From Macrostomum lignano (Eukaryota), in contig NIVC01001985.1 of assembly GCA_002269645.1 (NCBI GenBank), forward strand, positions 156,236 to 215,985: 59,750 nt of DNA. The letters are read 5' to 3'. The notes under the pieces are model-generated. The model had not been told where the DNA came from and made no database searches. It saw nothing but the letters and a program-made list of their open reading frames with translations. This document shows, one piece after another, positions 23,996 through 37,500 of the stretch. The position numbers were made by a program, and so were the translations under genes. Each line of letters opens with the position of its first letter. The first letter of the stretch is position 1.

Positions 23996-26679
23996 CAGCG
24001 GAATGGGCAGAATTCATTTGGCTAATATCCAGGATCTCTGCATGGTTGTGACAGAGAGGCTTCGTTATCGCTCAGGCGGCAGCTGACCTATCAATGCTAG
24101 ACTATTGCAAATTGAGTCACTAGCCAAGCCAGCAGTTGTCACGCGTAAATGAGATGTCGCTAACCGTTTGAGTCAGTAGGCCAAAAGTTGAGCAGATGAA
24201 TGAATATACGCTTGTAGGCAAGTGAAGTTGCTAGAGCAAGCTGAGACTTTCAGCCTTTTGTAGATTAAGTGGCAGCTCCAAGTTGCGGTAGAAATATTGA
24301 GAACACGACGAAGAACTGCGTGCACAGGCGTTCAAATAATAAAGACGTCAAAAAGTTGATGGATAATAACTGGATAGAATGCAACAAGCTTGATGGTAAC
24401 TTTTATCCAGTTAACTTTGTTAAAAACGCACGCGCATTCGGAGAATTCGGTTCGGCATGAGGTCGAAAATGGTCACGGTAAAAAGAGAGATTGATTGGCC
24501 CGATTAAAAAACTCAGCCCAACCTTACAGGCATCTTCCGGGGCTCGGCATCCGGGATTTCAAGTATTGTAGCTATAGAGAGCCTGGAAAGGTTGAGAGAG
24601 GCCTGCCATCATAGCAGGGCGAGTTGCCTCACTCAACTCTCTCTCTCTCTCTCTCTCTCTCGCTCCATTGCGTGACAACCAACTATATTGCAATCGCTTG
24701 CTTGTTCGACGAAGGACAACGGGAAGCTGCTCAAGCTGATGGAGGCAGGGAGATCTTAAAAATGAGAGTCTGGCATGCGAAGTCTCACCCCAAGCTTTAA
24801 GTACGAATTTAATGAATTGTATGATTTTTCTGTCCGGTTTTATTCTGACGTTTAGAAAACGGTGTTATTTGAGCACATCTGTGAAAGCCAGCAGTGGAGA
24901 TTTAAAATGAGTACCTAGCTCGTAGTTGACAAGAATTGCTGTCACCCTTTGTCGCGTCTGATAATTAGGATTTAGGGGAAGAGTTGTTATAGCTATTCCA
25001 GATTCTAGTTTCAAGATCTCCATGGCTGAGAATCTGGCTTGTGAGATGCAGTTGGGGAGAGAAAGTTTTTAGCAAGTGCCCTCCCTAGCTGATAGCTGCT
25101 CAGTCTCGGGAGCTCGCGATTGGGGGGAGAGTGGTTGGAAATCCCATATTGCCAGCAGCACACATGATAGACAAATTCGAAAGAAGGAAATTGAGAATTC
25201 GAATCCCACCCCCGGAGAGGAATTACTGATTTTTTTCGTAATCGGCAGGTTTGGCTGAAGGATTAGTAGCCATGGACGGCGCTAGGAAGCTATCTGGACT
25301 GCAGGGCAAATAAATCAGTCAAGCTGCTTGGGATTTCGGAAATTAGCCTGCTAGTCTTAGTTATACAAAAAGGCCGTTTTGTAAAGAGCTGCACACACAG
25401 GCAAAAAACTTCAAAGGCAGCAGCAGGTCTACAGAAACGGTCCAAGCCCAGAAACAGCTCCCCCAATCAACCTTTCTTTTGATAGTTTTGCCAAGAAAAA
25501 AATTGAGGACTCGGACTGAAGAGGAGCCTGCTAAAGCAGACGTGACCCACTTAATGGCCAAGAAGAGGAGTCGACTAGAGCAACTCTGCGGATGAATAAA
25601 TAGCCGTCGTGAATAAATGAGATGCAAGCTATTAGCAAGAAATACGCGGCATAAGAGCTGGGAACTGAAGGAGGACTCGATGCCGATCGAAGATGCAGAT
25701 CTCAGAGCAGAGCTGTCATCTCATTCTCAACAAGAGAAGGCCGCCTCTCGAAGCCTTCCTTCAGAGGAATTCGCTTATCGTTATCGGGGCCGCGAGCGCG
25801 GGATTTCTCATTCGTTAATCTCAGCTATTGCCACTGCGTGTTGGCCTGGTTTTCCTGCCCGGCCCTGTCTGATGAAAGCGAAATGAATGCATACTGCTGA
25901 GCTGGATTAGCAAACGGAGCAATCCAGCCTCTCCAACACAAGTGAGAGAGAGAAAATCAGTTTGCTGGACAGGCGTTCCAGCTTTGCTTCTAGTAGACAG
26001 GGAGGAGCAGATAGAGATATTTATCCATATAGCTCAAAGCGAGCCCGCTCTCCCTGCCCGCCTCAACAACTGGCGCGGCAGTTGATCCGTTTCCGCAGTT
26101 TTACGCTTTGAATAATCAATCCATAGCGACGATACCGGCTAATCCGGCCGCCTTGAAATCCCACACACAGAGAACCCCCGCGCCATGCAGAGCTGCGGCA
26201 GGCAGGTCTCATCTTACCAATACAAGGCCTTAGCGGCGACTTTGTTTCTCTGCGAATCCCACGCTTGAGCACGAATTTTCCCCTTTGACTTTGCAAGCGA
26301 CAACGACAGCGCAAAGAGAGGCTCAAAGAGAGTAGCGGATGAGAGTAGCTATGGGCTACCTCGGAAAGTCATGCCTGCTCCATTGCACTGTGCATTATAA
26401 TCAGCTAATTTTCGGCCGAAGGAACCGAGTCTTAAAAGGCAACATCCTGATATGCTAGGGTTGGTTCGTAAATTATAGCTCTAATTCTGATAGAATTATC
26501 CGATGCTCATATGAGCTGTTTAAAGCAATAATAATTATTTTAAAGGCAAGTCAACTTAGATTTCAATTTCAGTGGCAACAGTAACTGTTGCCTCTCAAAA
26601 TCCTGAAGCATAATTTGAATACACACCCGGATTCGAAATTCCATTTACACACTTAGATTAATGGAGATCTCACCCCCGG

Positions 26680-27330
26680 ATTATCAAACTAGCCGAAATC
26701 TCACACCTGGATCAGCGGAAATCTCACACCTGGATCAGCCGAAATCTTACACTTGAATTACCCAAAATCTTACACCCGGATTAGTAACCCAGCCGAAATC
26801 TCACACCTGGATCAGCCGAAATCTCACACCTGGATCAGCCGAAATCTCACACCTGGATTAGCCAAAATCTCACATCTGGATCAGCCGAAATCTCACACCT
26901 GGATTAGCCAAAATCTCACATCTGGATCAGCCGAAATCTCACACCTCTCTCACATCTGGATCAGCCGAAATCTCACAACTGGGTCAGCAAACCAGCCGAA
27001 ATCTCACAACTGGGTTAGCAAACCAGCTGAAACCTCACACCTGGATCAGCCGAAATCTCACACCTGGATTAGCCAAAATCTCACATCTGGATCAGCCGAA
27101 ATCTCACAACTGGGTTAGCAAACCAGCCGAAACCTCACAACTGGGTTAGCAAACCAGCCGAAACCTCACACCTGTATCATCAAACCAGCCGAAACCTCAC
27201 ACCTGTATCATCAAACCAGCCGACACCTCACACCTGTATCATCAAACCAGCCGAAACCTCACACTTGTATCATCAAACGAGCCGAAACCTCACACCTGGA
27301 TTAGCAAACGAGCCGAAATCTCACACCCCT
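26680..27330. repeat. 23-31-bp compound minisatellite (CAGCCGAAATCTCACACCTGGAT and variants)
   Basis: Tandem units with a gradient of variants. Confidence 0.93.
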
Positions 27331-28244
27331 GGATAAAATGATGCCTCTGAAGTATCAAGCTTCATCAAAAACCATTCCCTAGACCATACGCAGAGCTCTG
27401 AAGGGAAGATGAGAGCTCAGCTATACATATAAGCTTTACAGTTAGCTTATTACTTATTAAACAGCGGCGCAAGTGTGCTGAAGAATATTCCAACAAACCG
27501 GCCCCCAAAGGCCTGGACATAGAAGATAACCATCCAGAATCCGTCACTACAAGCGTAATATAGAATTTAATAAATTGTAATGCCCATCGGGCGGACCCAG
27601 AACGCGCTCAGAATGGAATACAGCAAGTGGAATAGCTGATTAAGCCGACACGGTCTCCAGCTGCAGGCGAAGCACAAGTGACAATCGAAATTTCTCACTC
27701 TCGAGAATGCAGTGAAGCTACAGCATACGCAGCTTCTATTGCGAGAAGGGAATCGTTCTTTCTTTTAAGAAGCAGAAATTCAATCTGAATATTTGATTAC
27801 TCCTAGCTAAGGGGCAGAGAGCCAATTTTTTATCCCTGGACTTTTGGGGCTACTAGACCGTTTGCTATGTGTATCTACAGAAAATTTCTAAATAAAATTT
27901 CTTGTCAAACTACTGCTGTTAATTTGGGTGATCAGTAGTAAAATATGTGCATAAATACGACACAAACCAAGCCAACGCATTCTATATTTAACTATAAATG
28001 AACATACAAAAAGAGCACCACATAGTCAACTGTATAATTTGTTTCCGAAAAAAATATTACAAGCAATTGGAATTCTGGGAAAGCACAATAGATTTTACTA
28101 GAGCTACAAGTAATTTACAATGCATTTAGAATGGGCGGATATAAGCTGAGTTCAGGCCTGGTGTTGCCTTAGACAGAAAATCAGTACTCAGATGTCTTAA
28201 AAATGTTTCATGGTGAGGATGTCTCACAGATTTCAGGGCTGGGG

Positions 28245-29027
28245 TGTCTCAGACATTGCAGGAATAAGGGAGTCAGACATTGCAGGAATAAGGGAGTCAG
28301 ACATTGCAGGAATAAGGGTGTCTCAGACATTGCAGGAATAAGGGAGTCTCAGACATTGCAGGGATAAGGGAGTCTCAGACATTGCAGGGATAAGGGTGTC
28401 TCAGACATTGCAGGAATAAGGGAGTCAGACATTGCAGGAATAAGGGAGTCAGACATTGCAGGAATAAGGGTGTCTCAGACATTGCAGGAATAAGGGAGTC
28501 TCAGACATTGCAGGGATAAGGGAGTCTCAGACATTGCAGGGATAAGGGTGTCTCAGACATTGCAGGGATAAGGGAGTCTCAGACATTGCAGGGATAAGGG
28601 TGTCTCAGACATTGCAGGAATAAGGGAGTCTCAGACATTGCAGGAATAAGAGAGTCTCAGACATTGCAGGGATAAGGGAGTCTCAGACATTGCAGGGATA
28701 AGGGAGTCTCAGACATTGCAGGGATAAGGGTGTCTCAGACATTGCAGGAATAAGGGAGTCTCAGACATTGCAGGAATAAGAGAGTCTCAGACATTGCAGG
28801 GATAAGGGTGTCTCAGACATTGCAGGAATAAGGGAGTCTCAGACATTGCAGGGATAAGGGTGTCTCAGACATTGCAGGAATAAGGGAGTCTCAGACATTG
28901 CAGGAATAAGAGAGTCTCAGACATTGCAGGGATAAGGGTGTCTCAGACATTGCAGGAATAAGGGAGTCTCAGACATTGCAGGAATAAGGGAGTCTCAGAC
29001 ATTGCAGGAATAAGGGAGTCTCAGACA
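28245..29027. repeat. 24-26-bp minisatellite (TCTCAGACATTGCAGGAATAAGGGAG) just downstream of the TUBGCP5 stop
   Basis: About 30 tandem units. Confidence 0.96.
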
Positions 29028-29051
29028 GGCAGACCTACAGTGTTCACGAGC

Positions 29052-32000
29052 TCAGGCCATGGCGGACACCAGTGGCTCGATGTGCTCAGCCAGGCCAGTC
29101 TTGGCGAAGGTGGCAACAAATGCGGCGAAAAACTGCCGGCCAGAGTCCAGCTTGGCCTGCATGGATTCAACAATGTCTGCTGTGAGCCGGTCGTCCGACC
29201 AGCGACGCGAGAACACCACGGCGGAGCGGAACAGGCCAGACATCATCTGGCGGACCCGGGGAGCCGCCGACGACTTCCCAGCGGTGGCGGCGGCGGCCTC
29301 GCCAGTGTCAATCAGGCACACCTGAGCGCATCTGGTGGCGAACTGGTCGAGAACGGAGCGCAGCTCGTCCGGCCCAGCCTGGCAGGCAGCCAGACGGTCG
29401 GGCAGATCGGCCGCAGTAGCCAGACGGTGCGCTGTGACCTGATGAAAAGCTGTCAGCAGGTGCAGCAGCTGCTGTCGAAGGCTGTACACCTGATAGCGCA
29501 GGCCGGAATCGTCGGCGCAGCGAAGGCCGTCAAAGCGGAGACGTTCGAGCAGCTCCTTGGCGCAGCGAAGCTTCAGCAGCCAGCGGAAGGACTCGGAGTA
29601 CACCTGCGCATGGCGAGTTACTACTTAAAGTAGAATACTATTTAAAGCGGCATATGAATGATTTCTAATTGGGAAAAATAGAATAACTAACAGAAATATG
29701 CCTGACCGACACTACAAGATGGTCAGGTGTGCAGCGCTGGCACCGTGGGGGTCACTGCATCCCCCAGAGGGGCGACACCAAACCTCTATTAAGCTGCGTA
29801 CTAACCGCGGCCAGCTCTACTTAACTTATACAATGCTAGATTATTGAAGAACCAATAAAAAACCATGCATACCCGCAGCGTAGTCTCCGTAAATACGACG
29901 CCAAGTGGCCAAGGCGGTTCGCAATTCAGCTTGAGGCTGTCAATCAACAGCAGGCCGCCGGCGGCCGACTCAGAGCCGTGCTCAACGGCGGCGGTGGCAG
30001 CTGGTGAAGTCAGCGTCAGCCATACGGAGTTGGCAAACTGGGCCGAGTGGCAGGCCGGCTGTCCGGCTAGCAGGCAGGCGCGCAGACTGAGATTCAGCGC
30101 CAGCTCGTCGCTGGTCGGTTGGCCGACGCGCAGTTCAGCGTAGAGCAGGTCGCACAGCGGCGTGAGCAGGTCCCGGTCAAGCATTAAGAACAGGCTGTGC
30201 GCGAATGCGACAAAGTCCGCTAAGCGAAGCTGCGGCCCGATCAGGGACTCAACAGCCAGCCGGTTCACCTGACGGCACCGGTTGCGGATCGCTGATTGGA
30301 CTAGGCGTTCGACCGAAGCGGATGTCGGCATAGCGTTGCTGTCGGAGGCCGCCGAGTCGCCGCAGTTTCCAGAAACAGCAGGCGGTGGAAGCAACTGGAC
30401 GCTGCGCCACAGGAGAGGCGCCTCCATGCGGAGCTGGTCAGCATCCGTGTGCGGCAGGGCGAGCGGGTAGCTGGGCGGATTTGAGGCGAGGATTGCACTT
30501 TTTATGCCTAATCGTAATGCTACTTGTCTAGAGACCGATTCAGAGGTCAAATCTAGAGACCGATTCAGAGGTCAAATCTAGAGACCGATTCAGAGGTCAA
30601 ATCTAGAGACCGATTCAGAGGTCAAATCTAGAGACCGATTCAGAGGTCAAATCTAGAGACCGATTCTGAGGTCAAATCTAGAGACCGATTCTGAGGTCAA
30701 ATCTAGAGACCGATTCTGAGGTCAAATCTAGAGACCGATTCTAAGGTCAAGTATAGTTGAATAATAATACACTACACCTGCCCTAATACCCCAACCGACA
30801 GCTCAGCCGCAGCTATCGCGCGGCGCATCTGAAGGCTGCGTACGGCTGTTCAGTCCAAGGACTGGGGGTTCGCCACACACCCTCAATTACCCCAGATAAT
30901 GCTGGCACCCATTTTACAGCTGGGTGAACTGAAGCAATGCAGAGTTAAGTTTCTTGCTCTTTCAGTCGTGAGTCCGACGCTTTAACCACTAGGCTACAAC
31001 CCCTAGCGGCTAATGAGCAAGGCAATACAGATTGGTTGAGGTTAGTCAAGAGGTAATCGTTATCGCCATCCAGCAACTCACCGATATTCGACCGGCGCCT
31101 CAACGGAAAACGACTGCTGACCATCGCGAACGTCAGCAAGCAGCCGGTGCAGCGGGGCCGCCTCGCCAAGCTGAGTCAAGCTTCGCCAAATTTTAGGCAG
31201 ATGCCGCCTCTCGCTGACAGCCTTTAACAGGTGGGCGGACATCGCTGCCGAGGTCAGGTCGGGCAGCAGCGGGCGCAGCAACTGCGGCACGGCCCGATCG
31301 ACAATCGGCAGCGGAGCCAGCCAGTAGGCCGACTCAGGCGGCGGGTCGGCGGGCAGCGGCGGCAGGAAGGGCAGGCCGGGCGCTGGTCCAGCTGTTCCAA
31401 CAGCGGCTGAAGGCACAGACGGAAGGCCCGCCGAGAAAAGGCGGCGTAGATTGGCGATTCGGTCAAGTCGGCTCGGGCAGCCTGGCGCTCCAGGCAGTCG
31501 AGCAGTCGAACTCCGGCTGCCGGATCTTTGACTGCCGCGTCAGCGTCCGACCAGGCCACTCTGTTGACCAACGCGGCAGCCCCGGCGATAGCGCGTTGCC
31601 ATGGCAACATGGCCGAGCGCAGGCGCATCAGACTTGACTCGGTCTCTAAGCGGAGTAAACCGTTTTGAAATGGCGCCAACAGGTCCGCATGCAGCCGGCC
31701 GGCCAGCGCCGACACCGACGGAGACAAATCAGCGCCGTTGCTACGCAACAGGCGTTCGGCTAGCAACCGCAGCCTAGCAACGGAGGTGCCCAGATTGGCG
31801 AAATCGGCTAGCAGCCGGTCAAAAGCGCCGTCGGTCAGATGAGGCATGCACCCACGGCCGGAGACCGTAACTGAAGGCGTATTGGCAGTGGAGTCCCAGG
31901 TGTACAGCATGGAGTCCCTGGACCCGGACAGCATCCAGATTGTCTCCCGGACAGCCTGGTATTGAGTCACTTCAACTCGAGCAGCTCCGGAGATGGCGCC

Positions 32001-33129
32001 GCCGGCTGGCGTTGATCGAAGAAGCAACTGCTGCCAGTCCAGACGGAGCTGGCCCCAGCGTTCCGCCTGGTGCTCGTTGCCATAGCAATCACCAACGACA
32101 CCGTTACCTGGGTCTTTCCAGTACTCCGGCTGCAGGTGTGAGCGCAGATAAGCCTGGTGCCGCTCGGCTTGCATCAGCAATGCCTGCTGTTGCTGCTGTT
32201 GTTGCTGCTGCTGCTGCTGCTCCGACGACTGTTGTTGAGGCTGTTGTGGAGGTCGCGTATTCGAGTCCCGACTTGGGCCCGCCTGAGGCTGACGTTGAGT
32301 TTGAGCATTTCGGGCTGGTCCGGAATTGGAAATCCTGCAATTGTTTGTTTGAACAGACATAAGATCATATTTTATGATCATAGATCATAAGCCCTAATAA
32401 ACCCTACTAAGAGGTTTAGTAGGGTTTAAGAGGGCGATTCTGTATGGGGCTGGGAGGGCGACTCTGAATAGAGCTGCGAGGGCGACTCTGAACAGAGCTG
32501 GGAGGGCGACTCTGAACAGAGCTCGGAGGGAACAAAAAGAGCGATTGTAAACAGTAACAAAAGCAAGTTTCCAGCACTTACGAGTTCGCATCACTATCTT
32601 CATCATCACTGCCAGACTCCGAGTCCGTCTCGCCGCCGTAGTCGGACTTGACCTCGATGCCGTCAGTCAGCAGGGCGTGCCAGTCTATAGCCGCTTCGTC
32701 GGCTGCCCGTTTTTTATCTTTCTCGGCGTCGCGCCGCTTGTCCTCGGCCTCGTCATCGGACGGGAGATCAGCGGCGGCGCCGCCGGCCCAGCAGGCCACG
32801 GGGCTGTTCGAGGAGGCCAGCAGGAATGCCAGCAGATTGTGCCGCAGCTCGCTGTCCGGCAGCAGCTGATTAAGCCGCCCAGACCGGTGCTCCAATAGTC
32901 GAGCCTCTCGGTGCATCGCGTGGACTCGCAGCTTATCGGCTAAGCCAGTCAGCTGCTGCCTGACGCCCGGCCAATCAACGCCTGCGAACCGATGATTGCG
33001 CAACGTGTGCAGACAGCGGGCCAGCGATTGGCGCCGGGTGTCTGACGCTTTGACGCCGGCGCTGGAGAATATAGCATCGGCTAGCTGTTCCAGTAGGCTG
33101 GCCTGCTCGTCTGTGACTCGGTGCGACAT
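29052..33129 (-). CDS. TUBGCP5: Gamma-tubulin complex component 5; 4 exons, about 1000 aa, one frameshift near 31385
   Basis: Exons 33129-32582, 32334-31082, about 30527-29873, 29603-29052. N-terminal HRFAGV..LADKLRVH..LLAFLLASSNSP..IDWHALL matches GCP5 (HRFLDV..LLLCLSDSP..FDWGKYL). GRIP2 motif LKLNCEPPWPLGVVF..|VYSESFRWLLKLRCAK. Exon 3 acceptor is uncertain. Confidence 0.88.
30527..30752. repeat. 25-bp minisatellite (TCTAGAGACCGATTCAGAGGTCAAA) abutting TUBGCP5 exon 3
   Basis: About 9 units. Confidence 0.95.
30773..31007 (-). mobile_element. Second copy of the tRNA/CORE-like SINE (B-box region deleted, longer body)
   Basis: Shares CTAGGGGTTGT(A/G)GCCTAGTGGT..AGCGTCGGACTCACG, TTAACTCTGCATTGCTTCAGTTCACC and the terminal GGGCAGGTGTA with 3596-3785. 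Confidence 0.8.
32430..32530. repeat. 25-bp tandem repeat (GGGCGACTCTGAACAGAGCTGGGAG) x4 in TUBGCP5 intron 1
   Basis: Direct reading. Confidence 0.85.
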
Positions 33130-33317
33130 GGCGCGCCGTGCAGGATTATGAAAAATGATAGATTCCAGCTCAAGGTTTGCGTCTTTTCTCAACTCGCTGC
33201 TCTCTAATCTCCTCCCTTCTCTTCTTTCGTCTCCTCTTCTACTTTATTCCCTCGCTTCTTTCAACCGCAACCAACTCTGCTTAACTTTCAACAGTATGAC
33301 CCGCTCGACTAGCGATT

Positions 33318-33498
33318 CTATCAATAAAAAAATTAAAGAAGGAACAAAACAGAAAAGTTGAATTTTGCGAAAAAAATAGTATATGAATTAATTGATAGAT
33401 TGAAAAATAGAAATCGATAATATGAGTATAATAACTATTGACTAACAAAAACAGGAAGGAATTTCCTTTATAAAACTCAGCTTGATATAAAATTTATT
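33318..33498 (-). promoter_or_regulatory. PAH/TUBGCP5 junction: AATAAA (33498-33493) then an unpaired 3' splice acceptor (AG 33319-33318)
   Basis: Minus strand CTTTTCTGTTTTGTTCCTTCTTTAATTTTTTTATTGATAG lies 188 nt before the GCP5 ATG. Confidence 0.5.
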
Positions 33499-33991
33499 GG
33501 CAATGAGATTTGTGGCAACAACCTGAGAACGCATTGCTGCTCCTAGCCGAGTGCGGTACACGTGAATATTTATTCTCATATTGCGAAAGGCTTTATAAGG
33601 AATATTAAATAGTTTAAATGTTTTAGATAAATATACTGAGATAGAGAGATATTGGCAAAATTGGTAAATTGTAAAAAATGCATGCAGATGAAATAATACC
33701 GGTAGGTATACTCGTGTGAAAAATATTGTTCCATTTCAAAAGTTTAATTTATCAAATGACAAACTTCAAAAATATTTTCATTTACTGATAATTTGAAACG
33801 AATCCTTGAAAGATTTGATTGAAAGATGGGCTCTGAAAACTCTATCCAGTATTATTGGCAGAAATTTTTACGCATAGAAAATGTTAATAATCCTGTATTG
33901 GTTATATTTGTTACTATTTTGACAGGAAAGGGTTTTATGTCGTAAATTAGAAGGTAGATAGGTTTACTTCAATCAAAATTTAGCCTAGATT

Positions 33992-34380
33992 GGGGCAGGA
34001 AGCGAGTGTACATTGAGGGGTTAGAGGGGGCAGGAAGCGAGTGTACATTGAGGGGTTAGAGGGGGCAGGGAGTGAGTGTACATTGAGGGGTTAGAGGGGG
34101 CAGGAAGCGAGTGTACATTGAGGGGTTAGAGGGGGCAGGGAGTAAGTGTACATAGAGGGGTTAGTGGGGGCAGGGACTTAGTGTACATAGAGGGGTTAGT
34201 GGGCAGGGAGTGAATGTACATTGAGGGGTTAGAGAGTGAGTGTGTATAGAGGGGTTAGTGGGCAGGGAGTGAGTGTACATAGAGGGGTTAGTGGGCAGGG
34301 AGTGAATGTACATAGAGGGGTTAGTGGGCAGGGAGTGAATGTACATAGAGGGGTTAGTGGGCAGGGAGTGAGTGTACACT
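33992..34380. repeat. 33-35-bp minisatellite (GGGCAGGGAGTGAATGTACATAGAGGGGTTAGT) downstream of the PAH stop
   Basis: About 11 units. Confidence 0.93.
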
Positions 34381-34527
34381 TATGGGGTTTGTGAGGGAAG
34401 GAAGCGAACGTAAAGGTCATTACTAAAAAAGAAACGAAGTTTACATTGTTCCAAACACTTCGACTATTGTATAACTCTTATTTCCGTGAACAAATTCAGT
34501 AGCAGTTTCGCTTTTTAGAAAAAAGTT

Positions 34528-37500
34528 TCAAGCGCAAGCATGAACATCTTGCAGCTTCTCCATGGCCTCGGAGACCAGGCTCAGCTCCGCAATGGAGTCG
34601 CGGACAACCTTGCGAATCTGCTTGTCAGTGTCAAGCACTTCCACACTCTGTGTGTAGGGATTGTAGCGCACGGTGAACGGACGGCCAGAGCACCTGCAGA
34701 TTGACACAGGGGATAGGCGCGTATACAGACACACTGACACACTTACAGATAGGTTAACAGCCGCACAGGCAAACAGATAGATAGATAGACAGACATACAG
34801 GTGAACAGATAAGCACGTTTCAAAGTCTCACTTAGAATAAGCGGCAATCTTTCTCTTGGCCTCTTCAAAAGACTTGGCCACAAAGTACACGGGCTGGTAC
34901 TCTGTGATTGGGTACTGCTGCACGGCGGTCTCCGGTGGCTCAAAGCTGCGCACAGTCGGCTTGTCACTCAGGCAGTACTGCAGCTCGCCGAATGAGCTCA
35001 ATAACCCGGCGCCGTAGGCCTTCAAACTGCCGTCCTGCATGCATAGGCCGAATTCTACGGTGAACCAGTAGCAGGTAGCCAGCTTCATTATGAACTCGTC
35101 GCTGGCGCCGAGGCTGGCCAGGCCGATCTCCTGGGAGAACTGGGCAAAGTCCGGATCGGCGAATAGCGGCGCGTGGCCCAGCAACTCGTGGCAGACGTCC
35201 GGCTCGGGCGTGTACAGCGGGACACTGTGGTGCCTGCCGAGTTGAAGGGAAACGTGTTAGTATAAACCCTGACAGCTCTTAGCAACATTTGGCACTTTGA
35301 GTAGAAAACCAGACAGACCCTACTCGTGCCAACGTTGTCTGACAAATCCTGACAGTCTCAGGATGAAGGACGATAAAACCTCACCATTCTCAAACAAAAC
35401 ATGAAATCGTCAAAACCACAACCCGACAACCTCATACTCGTACAAAACCTGACGAGACACCCTCCGACAGAATCTGACAACATCAGAGAAACACCTGACA
35501 TTCTCGAGCAGAACCTGAAAAGCAAAAACCTGACATCCTCTGATAGAATATACCATTTTCTGACAGAACCTGAATCCCTTAAAAAGCTGACAGAGAATCT
35601 GACATCATCTGACAGAATCTGACAGACAACCTGACATGATCCGAAAGAACCTGATATCCTCCAAAAAACCTGAAAACCTCATACTTATCCTAGCAAACTA
35701 TGACATCCTCCGTCATAAATCTGACAGCTCCCAACAAAGATGCGACAATCTCTTTGACAAAAACATGATAATCTTAAACAACCTCAAGGGAAATCCATAC
35801 AATTATAATTACAACTTTGAAGAATTGCATTAAGCGGCTTTGATAAGTATGTATCAGTGCGCCCAACTTTTACTAACAGTAGTAAATTAAAAATAAGCAT
35901 TGTTATAGTAAATTACCTAATGTACTGAGTAGAATGGAACACCCGGAAAGCGAGACCGGCCAAGAAGTCTCTCGAGCTGAGCAGGCCGGCCACAGGGCGG
36001 AGCCGGAAGCCGGTGCAGTCCTGCAGAAAGTCGGACACATCCTGCAGCTGGGGAATATTATCCTCTCTGTAGCCGCAATTGTCCATCAGCAAAGGAAACA
36101 CGTGATTAAACTCGCGACAGGCGTGAGTCGGGTAGAGTGTCACCAGCTCGCGGAATACGGTGCGCCAGGTGTTAATCTGGTAATTGATGCGCGCTTAGCT
36201 TAAATAGGCATTACAAAAATCTGAGCAATCAGTGAGCTACTGCAGACATTCTCACCCACCTGACCAATCAGTGAGCTACTGCAGACATTCTCACCCACCT
36301 GACTAATCAGTGAGCTACTGCAGACCATTCTCATCCACCTGACCAATCAGTGAGCTACTGCAGATCTTCTCACCCACCTGACTAATCAGTGAGTTACTGC
36401 AGACATTCTCACTCACCTGACCAATCAGTGAGCTACTGCAGATTATTCTCACCCACCTGATCAATCAGTGAGCTACTGCAGACCATTCTCACCCACCTGA
36501 CCAATCAGTGAGCTACTGCAGATCATTCTCACTCACCTGACCAATCAGTGAGCTACTGCAGATTATTCTCACCCACCTGATCAATCAGTGAGCTACTGCA
36601 GATCATTCTCACTCACCTGATCAATCAGTGAGCTACTGCAGACCATTCTCACCCACCTGACCAATCAGTGAGCTACTGCAGATCATTCTCACTCACCTGA
36701 CCAATCAGTGAGCTACTACAAACCATTCTCACCCACCTGATAAAGCTAAGGTGAGATACAAAACCATCCTATTTACCCAACCAGTGAGTCATATAAGTTG
36801 GAGTTAAAACCCAGGCTTTACACCACTATTGAGTACCTCTTGCTCGCTGTACTCCACCCGGGGAATTGTGTCCCCATGCCGATAATTGAAAGCGATATCG
36901 GCAAAGTACTGCCGACGGTCCCTGTACACTTTGTCGGTGAAGCCGGGATGATCGGAGTCCAATTCGTTGCCATAGCTGAGTATCTGGTTAGCAAACCGGT
37001 CCAAGTCTTTAATCTTGCGCGGAAACCAGGGAATTGAGTCGTCCGGAGCGTCGGTCTGGCTGCCAGGACTCAGCACCTGATTATTTTGGGTAATTAGGAT
37101 GAGGATTAAGAAGCAAATCAAGACAGAAATTTAACGTTTTTAGTTCAAATTCGCGCTAAAAGCTTATACATACGTGCGCAACACTGCCCCACGTAGTACT
37201 AATTACATAACGAGGCATTTAGCCTTAAAAATACAGTTACAGTTTTTCCTGCCGTTTAACCAAAATCACGTCAATCTTGCTTAGGTTTCTTTCATAGGTA
37301 AGTCGCATCTTTGGTCAAAAAGTAAATCAGAGGGGTTGCTCATGTATGATCCACTACAAGATTGCGGAGATACACAACTCGCTGAGCTGCTACCATATCA
37401 CGGCAGGGTAAACTGGAGCTCAGTTAAATTGACCGCTCGTTTACGGTGGCTGTCTTTGTATGCTGACCCAAGCCGCTTATCAAGCTTTGACTACATTGAT

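Noticed and set aside
29040-29633. Antisense ORFs over GC-rich exons (also 369-714, 29865, 31940, 32648, 35934, 57948, 58045)
   Set aside because: Shadows of the real opposite-strand CDS; no family features
31370-31400. Programmed ribosomal frameshift in TUBGCP5
   Set aside because: No slippery heptamer or obvious stimulator, and similar indels occur in other genes
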